Below are positions 1 through 12,104 of a stretch of 64,000 nt of DNA, one piece after another. The stretch comes from Callorhinchus milii (taxonomy: Eukaryota), in assembly GCF_018977255.1 (NCBI RefSeq), contig NW_024704742.1, positions 20,338,001-20,402,000 on the forward strand, in the 5' to 3' direction. Position 1 is the first letter of the stretch. Each line of letters starts with the position of its first letter. A model generated the notes under the pieces. The model did not search any database. It saw nothing but the letters and a program-made list of their open reading frames with translations, and was not told the origin of the DNA. The position numbers and the translations under genes were made by a program.

Positions 1-260
1 TCACCAACTCGGCCAATCCCTTCACTCGGTCAACACGAGCTTACTCAACGTCCCCTGCTGTATCTGACCTACTATTGGAGGGCTTTCAGCCATTTGGCAC
101 CCATTCCAATGTCCCTTCGATTTGCTTCCTCCCTCCCCTCTTTTAAGGTGTGCATCAAAACACATCCCCTTGATCTCCATTGCTCATTCAGAATTATAAA
201 GCACTTTGGGATGTCCTTCTTACATGAACAATGCTATATAAGCGTAAATTGTATTGTATA
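1..260 (+). mobile_element. Decayed L2 LINE 3' end
   Basis: C/T-rich body followed by the tail aagcactttgggatgtcc..catgaacaatgctatata..gtaaattgtattgt, homologous to the other L2 tails in the window. Confidence 0.6.
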
Positions 261-455
261 AATATGACTACTGTTTATCATACAGGGCTCTCTCCTTCTA
301 CTGATCACTGAGTGTGACTTTTTAAAGAATGTTATTGGAGAGATTGTTACTCAATTAGCTTTTTAATCAGTTTGATAAAACAGACACCCGATTGTGGTGT
401 TCTGCACAAGTGCTTAAATTGAATGTTTGGGATATTTCTATTGTAAACAATGTAC

Positions 456-1016
456 GCCAGCCTGGCTCAGTTGGTAGCACTCTCACCACTGAAAGTGCGC
501 ATTCCATTTCAATAATCTAACTCTGGAATTTCCAGGTGTCGGTGGGATGCATGGAAATCTCAGTTTGGTTTTCCTTCATCTTTAGCATGGTGATGGGTTT
601 CTGTCTGTATCAGGCACCTGCCTGATCAAAAAACCAAGAGTTAGATGGTTGTGGGTTCAAGCTTCATAGAGTCTATTCTGACGCTCCAATGCCTTGCTGG
701 GAGTGTTCTGCATTGGCGGAGGTGCCACCCTTTGGATGAGCTTTAAAAACAAGGTCTCATCTCTCTGTTCAGATGGACGTTAAAAATCCCATGGCACTCT
801 TCAAAAAGAGAAGGGAGTTTGTGCTGGTATCATGGCTAACAGCAATCATTTGCTTCATGGCTATTTGTGCGACAATGTGGTACATAATATGGCTGCTGCG
901 ATCATGCATGAAGTACAGCCATTACAATTCATTTTTATCCTGTGAAGGAAGCTCTTTTAAACATCCTCCTGATGTGGGAGGCTCTATATCAAATGTAAGG
1001 ATTATTATTATTATTG
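456..1016 (+). mobile_element. tRNA-headed Deu-domain SINE with a nested insertion at ~492-637
   Basis: A-box-like tggctcagttgg, B-box-like ggttcaagc, central ggaggtgcc..gatgag..ttaaa..gttcagatggacgttaaaaatcccatggcact, L2-type tail ending (tta)n. Confidence 0.8.
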
Positions 1017-1994
1017 TAATGTGGAGTGAGACATATGAATCAGGTTTCTCAATCCATTTCAACATAGTATTAATCTTCCAATGAAACGGTCTTCAGCCTT
1101 ACTCACAGCCCCCACTCTAAGATAATATTAAATCCCACTTTAGACATTTTAAACAACTTGCCTCTCTTAGCATGATATTCTGACAGCTCAGAATCTATCA
1201 CATTCAACATGACATTTCCATTAACTTACACCTTCCTTCAGATTCCACACCCTGAGTGCATCATAACTTTAATTCCACTTTCAATTCATGAGTTGAATCA
1301 CTAAATCTTAATCTCATTCTTGCTCTTTGATGGGCTTCAATGGTAGATCAGATACAGCAGGGGATGTTGAGTAAGCTAGTGTCGACCAAGTGAAGGGAAT
1401 GGCCAAGTTGGTTTAACTAGTTGAAGACACAGTTTCTTCCTGTTTCTTGTAACTTCAATCAACAGCTACCACCTCTTACGTTCGATGGTTCTACTCTTAG
1501 GTCTTTAGCTAATACATTCTTGGGATCACTATCTTTCCTTAAACTTCAAATGAATGATCGCATCTCTTATATTACAAGAGCTGCCACTTCAAATGTAGCT
1601 TTCTCCTTTCATGCCAACTACTTATTTTTTCCTCTGTTACTTTAAACTCTACAATGCCTATTTCCCAGATGTAAATGCTGCTCTCTGTATCTTAGGAGAG
1701 ACTTCTCACACCTTTCTTATATTCCTGTATCAGATACAGGACACAAACACTTCTAAGGTAGATGTAGAGAGAGGGCAGAAACATGATATGGAGGATACAT
1801 ACTGTCACATTCCTTCTGCAATCTATAGACTTTGAATTTCAATGTTGGTACTACCTCATGTCTATTTAACTTAATGAGTTTTCTTTCCTAATCTTTCCGA
1901 CCCCGGTGTTGTGCTACACCTTTCACCTAATTTTCACATCCTAAAAAAAACCCTGAAAGAGGGTTGATTTGATTCTAACATAAATAAAAAATAT

Positions 1995-2420
1995 TGTTCT
2001 CAGTTTGCCCTTCCTCCTCTTCAGAAGTCGCTGCCTCATACTAAAGGGTAATTCTATGGGCATCAGCCGTCCTAGAGAATTCTTCATCTTATTCAGACTT
2101 TCAGCAGATATTAAACAGCTGGTGTGGGTGGTGGGTACGTTAGGATGCATCACAATTAAGTCTGATGCTGCTGTCATCTGGCATACACCCACACTTACAG
2201 ATTTTCCTTGTCACTTGATAGTGATCGTGGGATCCCAGGCTGATATTTTCTCTTACTTTTGTCAAAGGCCAGTGAGACCAATTGTAACACTCAATCTGCT
2301 GCCCCAGATGAGATCAGCTGATTTAGTGTAGCCTGGGATTCAAACCTGCAACCTTCTGGTCTTTACACTAATGTTTTCACCATGAGGCCTTTTTGCTCAT
2401 GAAGCCATCAGCGAAGCTTC
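1995..2420 (-). mobile_element. Near full-length decayed LF-SINE-like element
   Basis: Minus strand agaccagaaggttgcaggtttgaatcccagg..agctgatctcatctggggcagcag..tacaattggtctca..tcagcctggg..ctatcaagtgac..gcccatagaa..ttctgaagaggaggaagg is colinear with the LF-SINE consensus as recalled. Confidence 0.7.
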
Positions 2421-3839
2421 AGATCCATGTTCATTCAGTTGTTTTCTAAAGATGTTATTTTACACAGAGCAAAAAGACGTTTGGCACTATTTCTTCTTAC
2501 TTCAAATCTTGCATGATTGCTGTTAACTTCACACAATAGTTCACCACCTCATCCTATGTTGGATATTCTGCTTACATTTATGTTATCCATTCCTTTCAAC
2601 ATGTAAGCTGCTGTTCCATCAACAATGTAGAAAAGAACACAAGTTTCATTTAATGATGCTAAGGGACCTTACAGCACAATGCATATCCCATATATTATTG
2701 AATCTTGGCCATGTGCTTTACTGTTAAACAAATGACTGCCTCCACATGAAAATGTCCAATACATAAATGCCAATATCCAGAAATAAGACAGATAGTGAAA
2801 AGGAATTAAACTGCTGTTCAGTGCCCAGATGAAAGTTATTCGAATGCTGCTGCCTCAGTGTGAAAATACCTTTTGAGCAAATTAACAAAGGAAAGATGAA
2901 AAGGTTATGAATAACAACAGAAGATTGGATTAGGTCTTGCATCTTTTCATTGAGTGAAATATTGCACTTCCAGTACAATTTATTTTCATTGAAAAGAAGC
3001 ACATTTTCAAACATTCCTCCAGAACTTCAAAATTCACAATATAATGGCAAGAAGCCAAAAATGACATGCATAAAAATGACTTAATTTACTTCTTACAGTT
3101 CTGTTTCTCTCATCACATACTGCTTGACATCTGTATTCTCCTTGAGGCAACACATCACATGAGCCTCCCTTCCAATATGTGCTACAATACAACATTCCTA
3201 CTGCTTAATTTTAATGGTTTAATGGATGCCTCAATTCCTTTTTCACCTTTAAGAACTGTTGCAGTCTTTGACAGCTGCTGAGTGTTTATTTTTCTTACTC
3301 CAACGTTTGGGTCACAATGAGGGAATGGGGTAAAAGAAATCAAACCTGCTGCAAAATATGTATTATCCACTTTTTTTCCCTAAGCTCTTTCACATTGACC
3401 TTTTTCCAAAAGATTCTGAGCTGCTCCAATTTTTGGTAGCCTAGAGGGAGCATCCAAATTCTCCCAACACCAACAGAGTTGGCACTTTTTATATTTTCAT
3501 TAACCTTTTTATTCTTAATAGTCTCTTGGTCAATAGGAGACTAGTGTGGTTAACTGTGCAAGTATCTTTCCAATAGATCCCTTATAGCTGATCTCAAAGG
3601 ATTCTCGATGAGTTGTGGTAATATTAGTTCCAACATCCTTTTTTTNAGACACAGTGAAACCAGAATGGGTGGTTGAGGTCAGACACATTGGAATCATTTA
3701 TAAAACAACTTGCTGCTATCATGGGAGGACAGTAGGGAGCTATTTTAGAAGGATGATGTCATTTGAACTTTTCTTGTGATCTTTTATATTGTGTGAAACA
3801 ATTTCATCTTTGCAAAAGAGTGTAAAGTCTTTTTTTTGC

Positions 3840-4605
3840 ATTTCATATAACACCTTTTCAGAATATTGAAGCATCTCAAAGCCTTCGCAGGATGTACTGT
3901 AAAGTGTAGTGACTGTAATTGGTAGGTCAACACAGCAGCCAATTTGTGCACAGCGATGTCCCCACAAGCAGCAATGAAGTGAAGTGACCAATATCACCTG
4001 GGAAAATTGTTGGACAGGAACCTGGGTGAAACTCCCTTTTCTTTTCAAATAGTGAAACTTCATAACAGGAAGATCCTCAGAGTTTTAACATCTCATTTGA
4101 AGAACATCATCTCTTTGACAGTGCAGCACTCCCGAGCATTGCACGGATGTGCAAACATAGACCAAAGCTCAACAACAACATAATTACATTTGTATAGTGC
4201 CTTTTATGTTGGGAGGATTTCTCAAGGTGGTGGGCAGTCAGTGTTTCAGACCCGAGCTGGGGGTCAGAATTGGGGAGGGTGGAGGGCGGTGGGGGAAGCA
4301 GGATGATCAAAAGAACGGTCGGATAGGAGGGTCTTGAGATGGGTCTTGGAAGGAGGCAAGGGAGGGGGCGAGGCGGAGGGATTGTGTGATGGAGTTCCAG
4401 AGGGTGGGGGCAGTGTGGCAGATGACCTGCCTGCCAATGGTGGGGTACGTGAAGCAGGCCGGAGCCCGCTGAGCGGAGGGAGCGGAGGGAGCGGGCAGGA
4501 TGGTAGGAGGTTAGGTGATTGCTCAAAGTCCTGATCTGGGGCTTGAACCTACATCCTTCTGACTCAGAGGCAAGAATGTTACCATCTGAGCCAGGTTAAC
4601 ACCTG
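3840..4605 (-). mobile_element. Deu-domain SINE interrupted by an L2 3' fragment
   Basis: SINE tail at 3840-3975, body to ~4165, head at 4525-4605 (minus strand cctggctcagatggtaaca..ctctgagtcagaaggatgtaggttcaagcccc). Confidence 0.75.
4173..4520 (-). mobile_element. L2 LINE 3' fragment with 6-bp target duplication GCTCAA
   Basis: (caa)n tail at ~4170; gctcaa at 4167-4172 and 4521-4526; ORF track PARSLRS..AGSGLLHVP is typical of the L2 ORF2 C-terminus. Confidence 0.85.
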
Positions 4606-6154
4606 TATACAAGTCAAAATAAAGTGTTAGCTCTCATCTATTTATTTTAGTGCAATATTCACTATTCTTGGAGTGCTATTATAGGAACAATGACAATGGA
4701 TAAGAGAGCATATCATCGCATCCAGCAATCTACTGCCAGTAGGGGAGTTTGTTTACAGGATCATTGATTAAAATATTTTCTGCTCATGTACTATAAAGCT
4801 GAAACCACATAGTATACATACAATAAAACACTTCTCAAATGTCAGATGTAGCTTTAGTACTGAATAAGACAGCAATGAATATTTAAAACCAATTTAATTT
4901 TTTAAAAATATTAATACTTTACTTCTGCTTGCCTTATCTTCTTTCCCCAGTTCTCTGTTCTGTTTATTACATAACTTGATTTTACTCTAATCCAATTTAC
5001 CACGCTCTATCTATACTAGCCTTTTTTCTAAACTTTCTCTTTTCAACTTTATGGAGCAGCTGAGTGGGAAAAGTTCCTTCCCACCCCTCAGTTGACTGAT
5101 CTGCTCTTCCATGTCCTACCCTTGAGCTAGGCTGTCACCAGCAGTTTTCCGGTATCATGGACCCATCTGGTTCAGGAACTGGACTACCAAAACCACCACA
5201 GATGTTTGGCTCGATTCTGACATTCTGTTGCCAAACATATCATCTTGGAGTCAGTTTAGTTCCAAGGAGACCCCACTTACCTCACCCTCATTTATGTGTA
5301 AAATGCTAACAGTGCAGTTGTGGACCTGAGTCATCACATGTCCAAAGTGCACCCAGGGTTTAGCTTCGGACTCAGCAACGTTTGCGGTGATTGCTAACTA
5401 CTGTCAAGATATTTTACCCTGCCAATAGTTATCAAATGTTACCTAAAAATCTCAAGACACAAAACAGAATGCATATCTTGATCTACTTTAAATTCCCATT
5501 ATTGTGAGATTTAATATAGCTCACTATTCAAACCAGCATGTGCCTATTAGGAGTTCTGTTTTAGATACCTTTCAGTAATTCTCTTTGATGTGCAAAGAAG
5601 GTTATAAAACAGTGTACTCGCTAAAATGTTGGATGGCATGGTGGCGGTTAAAGATTTCCAAGTACCACTTTTTATTCTTCTTCTGAAAAATAGTGAACAT
5701 TCAGACAAGAAATGTCAAATATCAAATTCCTAATTTAGAGGATATGACATGTCATAACTCAGAGAGAGAGAAGCTTCAAGCTTAATTGAAAGACATATGA
5801 TAAAAATGCAAAGGCAAAGTCTACATGACCAGCAAAATATCTAAGAGTCAGCACTGCTTGGGTTTGGAATACAGGTGTGGCAAACATTTTTCAGTTTTTC
5901 CCATCTTAACTTTATCCCTAGCTGTGTTTTCTCTGAGTCCTGTTAGTTCCTTGAAAGCAAACAATGTATAATCCATCCAGTTGTCTGCAGTTGAGCTAAG
6001 TCTTCCATTTGGAACGACACTACCAGAATTTTAGGAAGTGAGTTCAACGTGTGACTTCTGAGGTGGAGAGTTCCCTGATATTAGGTGAGTGCACATGAAG
6101 TGCTTTCCTCACTGGGACAGATAGAAAATTCCAGGGGGAAGAATCTAGTAATAA

Positions 6155-6428
6155 TAATCCTCGTCTGTTCAGACATACTTTAATGATCTCATGGCATTAT
6201 TCGTAAAGAGAAGGGAATTTAACGCAGTCTCTTGGCCAGCAATTCTCCAGATAACACTGATCATTCATTTCATGTTTATTTGTGGGGCACTGCAAATTGG
6301 CTACCATGTTCACCTACAAATACACATTAACTACAATTCACAGTGAATCCTGTAAAGCACTCAGTCATTTCAATGACATGATATACAGTTTTGTATCAAA
6401 TACAGTGACTATTATAAGGATTATTGTT
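6155..6428 (+). mobile_element. Deu-domain SINE 3' half
   Basis: tctgttcag..ttaatgatctcatggcattattcg..agagaagggaatt and tail tatcaaatac..ggattattgtt. Confidence 0.7.
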
Positions 6429-6574
6429 AAGGTTGATCCTAAGCAGGATAAAGATGCATTTGGGAGTGAGGTAGTGTCAAGTCCTAATGAGCAATTGCAC
6501 ATTAAATAAATGATGCTACTTAAACAAATTCATTTTCAGATGTTACGTGACAACACATTACAAAGCACATTACA

Positions 6575-7265
6575 ACTACCCTTTCTAACCCACATCCGTG
6601 CCATGACCCGCTCTGATTTCCCCCAGCTCCACAACGTTGCTCGGATCCGCCACTCTTTCACACCGCAGGCCGCCAAAACCCTCATACATACATTCATAAC
6701 ATCCAGGCTTAACTATGCAAGCTCCCTGCTTATCAGCCTCCCCAACACCTCCATCCATAGGCTTCAGATCATCCAGAACTCTGCAGCCTGTGTACTCTCC
6801 TGCACCAGGTTCATGACACTATCACCCCCATCCTCTCCTGATTCCACTAGCTTCCTATCACACAGGGGATACAATTCAAGATCCTGGTCCTCACCTTTAA
6901 AGCTCTCCATGGTCTTGCTCCCTCCCTACCTCTGCAAACCCTCCCTCCACTCAGCGGGTTCCGCCTGCTTCATGTCCCCCGCCTCGCTCGCCTCATCATT
7001 GAGGGGTGGGCCTTCAGCCACTCTGCCCACACTTTCTGGAATTCCATCCTGCACTCCCTCCAACTTGCCCCCTCCCTTGCACCCTTCAAGACCCATTTCA
7101 AGACCATCCTCTTCGACTGTGCCTTCAATCGTCCTTCTTCCCCTACTGGCCTCCGCCCTCCTCGATCCCAACCCCCAGCTTGGGTCTGAAACATTGATTG
7201 TCCAGCACCTTGGGACATCCTCCTGACATGAGAGGTGCTAAATAAATGTAATTTTGTTGTTGTTT
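6575..7265 (+). mobile_element. 5'-truncated L2 LINE (ORF2 C-terminus and 3' tail)
   Basis: ORF 6510-7226 contains NVARIR..AKTLIHTFITSRLNYASSLL..LQIIQNSAA; tail cagcaccttgggacatcctcctgacatgagaggtgc..(ttg)n. Confidence 0.9.
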
Positions 7266-8589
7266 TTTGTATTTATCTTCTTTATAATATTGTTTGTTTA
7301 CAATACTCAGTCACTACACTTTACACTATATCCTATGAAGCACTTTGAGATGCTCTCCTGATGTGAAAGGCACTTCACCAAGTGTACGGATTACATGCTT
7401 TCATTACTTCTTGGTCATTAATACAAATGCAGTTTGCAGTTCCCTTTGATACAACAGTGGTCACTTTATGAGTGAAATTGAAAGATGCTTCTTATTAACC
7501 TCCATATATTACTTGGGATAAAACAATTACTAAAATTACACACAAAAACTCCAATCATCTATGTGTTCATGACAGTTTTTTTNCTTACAATTTAGTGTGA
7601 ATTTCAAATATAGGAATGAGATTTTAAGATACGATGCAGATGAATGCATTTGATGGATTGCCTTATTCTTCTTTCTATTAAGAATCGCTAGGATGAAGGA
7701 ATGAGCTCTCAGTGTCGGAAGCCAAATATCCCTCCACTAAAATGTTGAAGGGCTTTCATCCGCTGTGGAAATGTCAAAGACAGGAAGGCAACTGATGGTG
7801 AACAACAGTTGGAAACTAAGTTTAGTTACAGAGTGGGTTCTGCGAAATAACTATGGAAACAGAAGTTATCTCACAAGTGGCAACTTCAAACAGGATTCCT
7901 TAATAGGGAAACCAGAATTATACAAAGTCAACCCACAGGATCCCTGCTCTAACACCATTTACAGTTGGAGTGGCGTGTTTTCTGGTCATCAGAAAGAGAC
8001 CCCACTTTAATTCCTTATGAGAAAACCCTGTGAGAAATGACTGAAATTGAACCCCAGTTTTGAGTAGTTGGCTTTGATCTGAAATAATTGTGTAGATTTA
8101 TAACCACTGGGGAATCTTCAAAATGTTACAACTACTTTTGAAAATAATCATTACATTGTTGGACTACCTGCAGTCCAGCTGTGATTCAAGTTTCTTTGTG
8201 ATCCAGGCTGCCAGTTAGTTATTCTACACCATTCACACACAGTAGGTGTTCCACTCTCCAGCAGTGGATCATTTGAAATTCTAGCTTCTATTGACCACTT
8301 TCAAAATATATTTCCTAACAGAAGTGCGTTTCCAGATCATAAACAAGGTGAATACAATTCAGGCTGCAATTAAGCAAGTCCTGGAGTGAGCTGATTGTCC
8401 CCATATCACCAGAATTATAATAAGTGTCCTCCAGTAAAATGAATAGTACAATACGGTTTGACTCTTCACCCAAATATCCAACCAAAAGGAAACCTCTCTC
8501 CATCCTCTCTTTCAAGGTAAGCCTTAAAATGTACCACTCTGACCGTGCTTTCGGTCATCTTCCCCTCCTCAAGCCCCTCAGCTCCCACC

Positions 8590-10354
8590 CTCAGCTCTCC
8601 TCCCTTATCCCCATCCCCCCCACCCCTGCCTCACAACCTGGACCCCCCTCCCCTCCCACACACCCTTCTGTCAACCGCTCCCTCCACATCGGACTGCAAA
8701 ACGTCCGCTCCCTCTGCAACAAGGCCCTGGTCATCAACGATCTCATCCTTGATGAGAACGTTGATATCATGGCCTTAACAGAAACCTGGCTCACCCCAGG
8801 CGACCCCTTCCCCCTCACGGAGGCCACACCACCCGGCTACACCTCCCACCACATCCCCCGCCCCAACCGCCGTGGCGGTGGTGTTGCCCTTATCTCAAGG
8901 ACACCACTTGCCCTATCCCCTTACTCCACTGGCTCTTTCCCCTCCTTTGAGCACCTCACCCTCTCCCACCCCTCATTCCTCTCCCTTAAAATCCTCCTCC
9001 TCTACCGGCCCCCTAAAACCTCTCCCACCTTCATCTCTGACATTTCAACACTCCTCACATCTCTTTGCCTCTGCTCTGATCGCCTCATCATCCTGGGCGA
9101 CTTTAACCTACACTTCACCCCCTCCTGCTCCATCTCCACAGACTTCTCTTCCCTGCTCTCCTCACTCAACCTCTCCTTACACATAAACTCCCCCACTCAC
9201 AGTCACGGCCACCCACTCGATTTGGTGATCACCCGGGGCCTCAGTGTCTCGGATGTCACTATTACCGACAAGGCCATCTCTGACCACCACTTCATCTCCT
9301 TCACCACCTCCACCCCCCTCCCCACCTCCACCAGACCCACCACCATCTTCTACCGCCCTTGGAAGAAGTTACCCCCACAATCCCTAACCGATGCCTTGGA
9401 GTCCTCTGAACTCCTCTCCCTCTGGCCTTCAACCCTCACCGACCCCTCTTCTCCTCTCTCCCTCCTCCACAATACCCTCTCCTCCACACTCGATACTCTT
9501 GCCCCCATCACTTCCCGCACTGTCTCCTACTCCCGCTCCTCCCCCTGGTACACCACCCACCTCCGCTCACTGAAAAGCCAGGTGCGGGCTGCTGAACGCA
9601 CCTGTGTCAAATCTGGCCTAACGGTCCACCGACAAATCTGGCTGGACCTCCTCAAAATTTACCGCTCCACTCTAGCCTCGGCCAAGTCGTCCTTCTACTC
9701 CAGGATAATCCTGGAGGCGAAGAACAACCCCAGGCTACTGTTTTCCACCACAACCCGACTCCTCCGTCCACCCCGCCACCCCGCGCAGGTCATCTCCTCC
9801 AACCTTCACTGCGAGGAGATGCTGGATTTCCTTGAATCCAAGATCAAGGGAATTCGCTCCGTGGTCACTTCCCCTCCAACATCCACCAACCCCCCACCCC
9901 CTCACTCCGACTGCTACCCATCCTCCCCTACACACCTTCGTACCCGTTTCCCCACCCTCTGTCACCAAACTCATCCTATCCCTGAAACCAACCACCTGCT
10001 CCCTTGACCCCATCCCCACTCCACTCCTTATCTCCCAGCTCCACTTTCTTGCCCCACATATCACTGACATCGTCAACCTGTCCAACTCCTCTGGCTCTGT
10101 CCCCATTCCCTTAAAAACTGCCACCATCACGCCCACCCTGAAAAAACCCTCCCTTGATGCGTCGCAGCTATCAAGCTACCGGCCCATCTCCAACCTCCCC
10201 TTTCTCTCCAAGGTCCTGGAAAGTGTTGTCGCTTCCCAACTGCGCTCTTTCCTTTCCACCCATTCACTCTTTGAACCCCTTCAGTCAGGTTTCCGTGCTG
10301 CCCATAGCACAGAAACTGCCCTGGTCAAGGTCACCAATGATATCCTGACCATCT
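8590..10354 (+). mobile_element. Young L2-clade LINE ORF2 fragment: complete APE endonuclease plus N-terminal RT region, one frameshift, 3'-truncated
   Basis: 8682-~9305 encodes QNVRS, LTETW, YRPP, GDFN, LDLV and SDH motifs with no stop. After a frameshift near 9900 the second frame gives LDPIPT, PTLKKPSLD, YRPISNLPFLSKVLE and [14 protein letters not shown], then ends at 10354. Confidence 0.95.
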
Positions 10355-10574
10355 GATTAAACCAAGATTAAACCAAATGATTGTATGTCCCTTACACATA
10401 ACTTGTTTCCTTTCAATTCATTTGCCAGTGCTGTATTTACTTCTAGTTATATTGATAGTTATATTATATTTATATTGATAGTAGCTGGAAAAAGGAATTA
10501 GAATAGGATAGTTGTATGGATATATTCAATTAATGCAATTATTAGCTGTGGACCGAAAATGCTAATAGACTCTT

Positions 10575-10898
10575 TAATAATAATCCTTGCATTTGATATA
10601 GCGATATAGCGCTTTTCACGTCAGGAGGACGTCCCAAAGCGCTTCACAGAACACACTGTAAAGTGAATTGACTGTATATTTGTGGACGAACGCGAGAGCC
10701 AATTGCGCACAGCAATGTCCCACAAACAGTCATAGATTGAAAATGACCAATTTATTATTGTTTTTGGTTTTGGAGGGATTATTATTAGGCTCTGTGTGGA
10801 GTAAGGAAACTTGCCCAAGGTTTCGCCCTCTGCCTGGAATTGAACTCAGGTCTCCCACTTGCAAAGCGAGTGCTCTAACCACTGAACTACAGGACTCC
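10575..10898 (-). mobile_element. Young tRNA-derived SINE (short subfamily, L2-type tail)
   Basis: Minus-strand head ggagtcctgtagttcagtggttagagcactcgctttgcaagtgggagacctgagttcaattcc (A and B boxes, tRNA-Ala-like TGC loop); tail gcgctatatcaaatgcaaggattatta. Confidence 0.9.
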
Positions 10899-11466
10899 AC
10901 GAGTTTATAGGAAACAGCTTGCATTTCATATGATTCCAACAACACTGAAATGTCTTAAAGCACTCTACACATTACCATTCAATATATTGACCCTGTATTT
11001 CTAAGCTTGATCAACTACAGTCAGTTCAAGCTGGGTCTTGCTTGGTACTGGATATGTATCTTGAACACTTTTAATGGAACACAAAGTAGTTTTGGTCCAA
11101 GCTTATAAACTCTGGTTATTGGAAATGGTTGCTGTTTCAATAATGTAACTGCAAGGTTATTATTTCCTTCGGCTTCATATTGTTAGCTGTTAGCATATGT
11201 GGAGACCTGTTCAAGTCTCCAACTGTGAAAGAGCATGTTACAGTCAGTACAAATAGTAGCCTCCGGTTTATTGTAAGCCATTTGCTTCAGCATGTTAGTT
11301 TCGAAAGTGCATTAAATTGTCAACTCATGCACATTCAGATTCCTATTGGGCATCTCTTTGCATTCAGGACATAATTCAGGACGTGCTATGTGCGGGCACT
11401 GTTTCCGTGGTCACTTCCTGGTTCCTGGGATACTTATGGCGCTTCCTGTGCACATTGACACGCAGG

Positions 11467-11524
11467 AACAATAACAACAAGATTCCATTTATAGAGCGCC
11501 TTTCACGTCGGGAGGACGTCCCAA
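11467..11524 (-). mobile_element. Very short L2 3' tail
   Basis: aacaataacaacaagattccatttatagagcgcctttcacgtcgggaggacgtcccaa, nearly identical to the tails at 36873 and 42806. Confidence 0.85.
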
Positions 11525-11529
11525 TATTT

Positions 11530-11832
11530 GGAGTCCTGTAGCTCAGTTGCAAGCGAGAGACCTGAGTTCAATTCCAGGCAGAGGGCAAAACCTTGGGCAA
11601 GTTTCCTTACTCCACACGCCTAATAATAATCCCTCCAAAACCAAAAACAATAATAAATTGGTCCTTTTCAATCTACGACTGTTTGTGGGACATTGCTGTG
11701 CGCAATTGGCTGCCGCGTTCGCCCACAAATATACAGTCAATTCACTTTACAGTGTGTTCTGTGAAGCGCTTTGGGACGTCCTCCAGACGTGAAAAGCGCT
11801 ATATCAAATGCAAGGATTATTATTATTATTAT
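11530..11832 (+). mobile_element. Young tRNA-derived SINE, same subfamily as 10575-10898, with a ~17-nt deletion in the head
   Basis: Near-perfect reverse complement of 10575-10898; the ORF track translations also mirror each other. Confidence 0.9.
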
Positions 11833-12066
11833 AATCAGTCATAATCACAGATTCCGTTTACATAACACAACACTAAAAAGCATAGATGTTAAGCTTTATG
11901 AAATGAATCAAATGCAACCACCTTGATGTGCAGCTCCAGCAATTGTTTCAGAACTGTTTGACTTCAACAAAATAATTGCTTTGTGTTCTCTATCTTCATG
12001 AAACAGTGTTGTTAAGATTCTTTCTCGTTTGTGTAAAGCCGGAAAAGCTGCACTGTCATTTTGTCA

Positions 12067-12104
12067 CATTGTATGCAAATGACACGACCACATTGTGATG
12101 AGAT
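12067..12104 (+). promoter_or_regulatory. Candidate SOX-POU composite binding sites in unique intronic DNA
   Basis: CATTGTATGCAAAT at 12067-12080 and CATTGTGATGAGAT at 12091-12104. Confidence 0.35.

Noticed and set aside
8424..10007. 527-aa ORF as a host gene
   Set aside because: It is L2 ORF2 (APE endonuclease); the N-terminus is read-through from flanking DNA and the C-terminus is frameshifted.
10621..11844. Pairs of near-identical short ORFs (MGKFPYST.., MTVYLW..) suggesting a small gene family
   Set aside because: They are translations of two inverted SINE copies.
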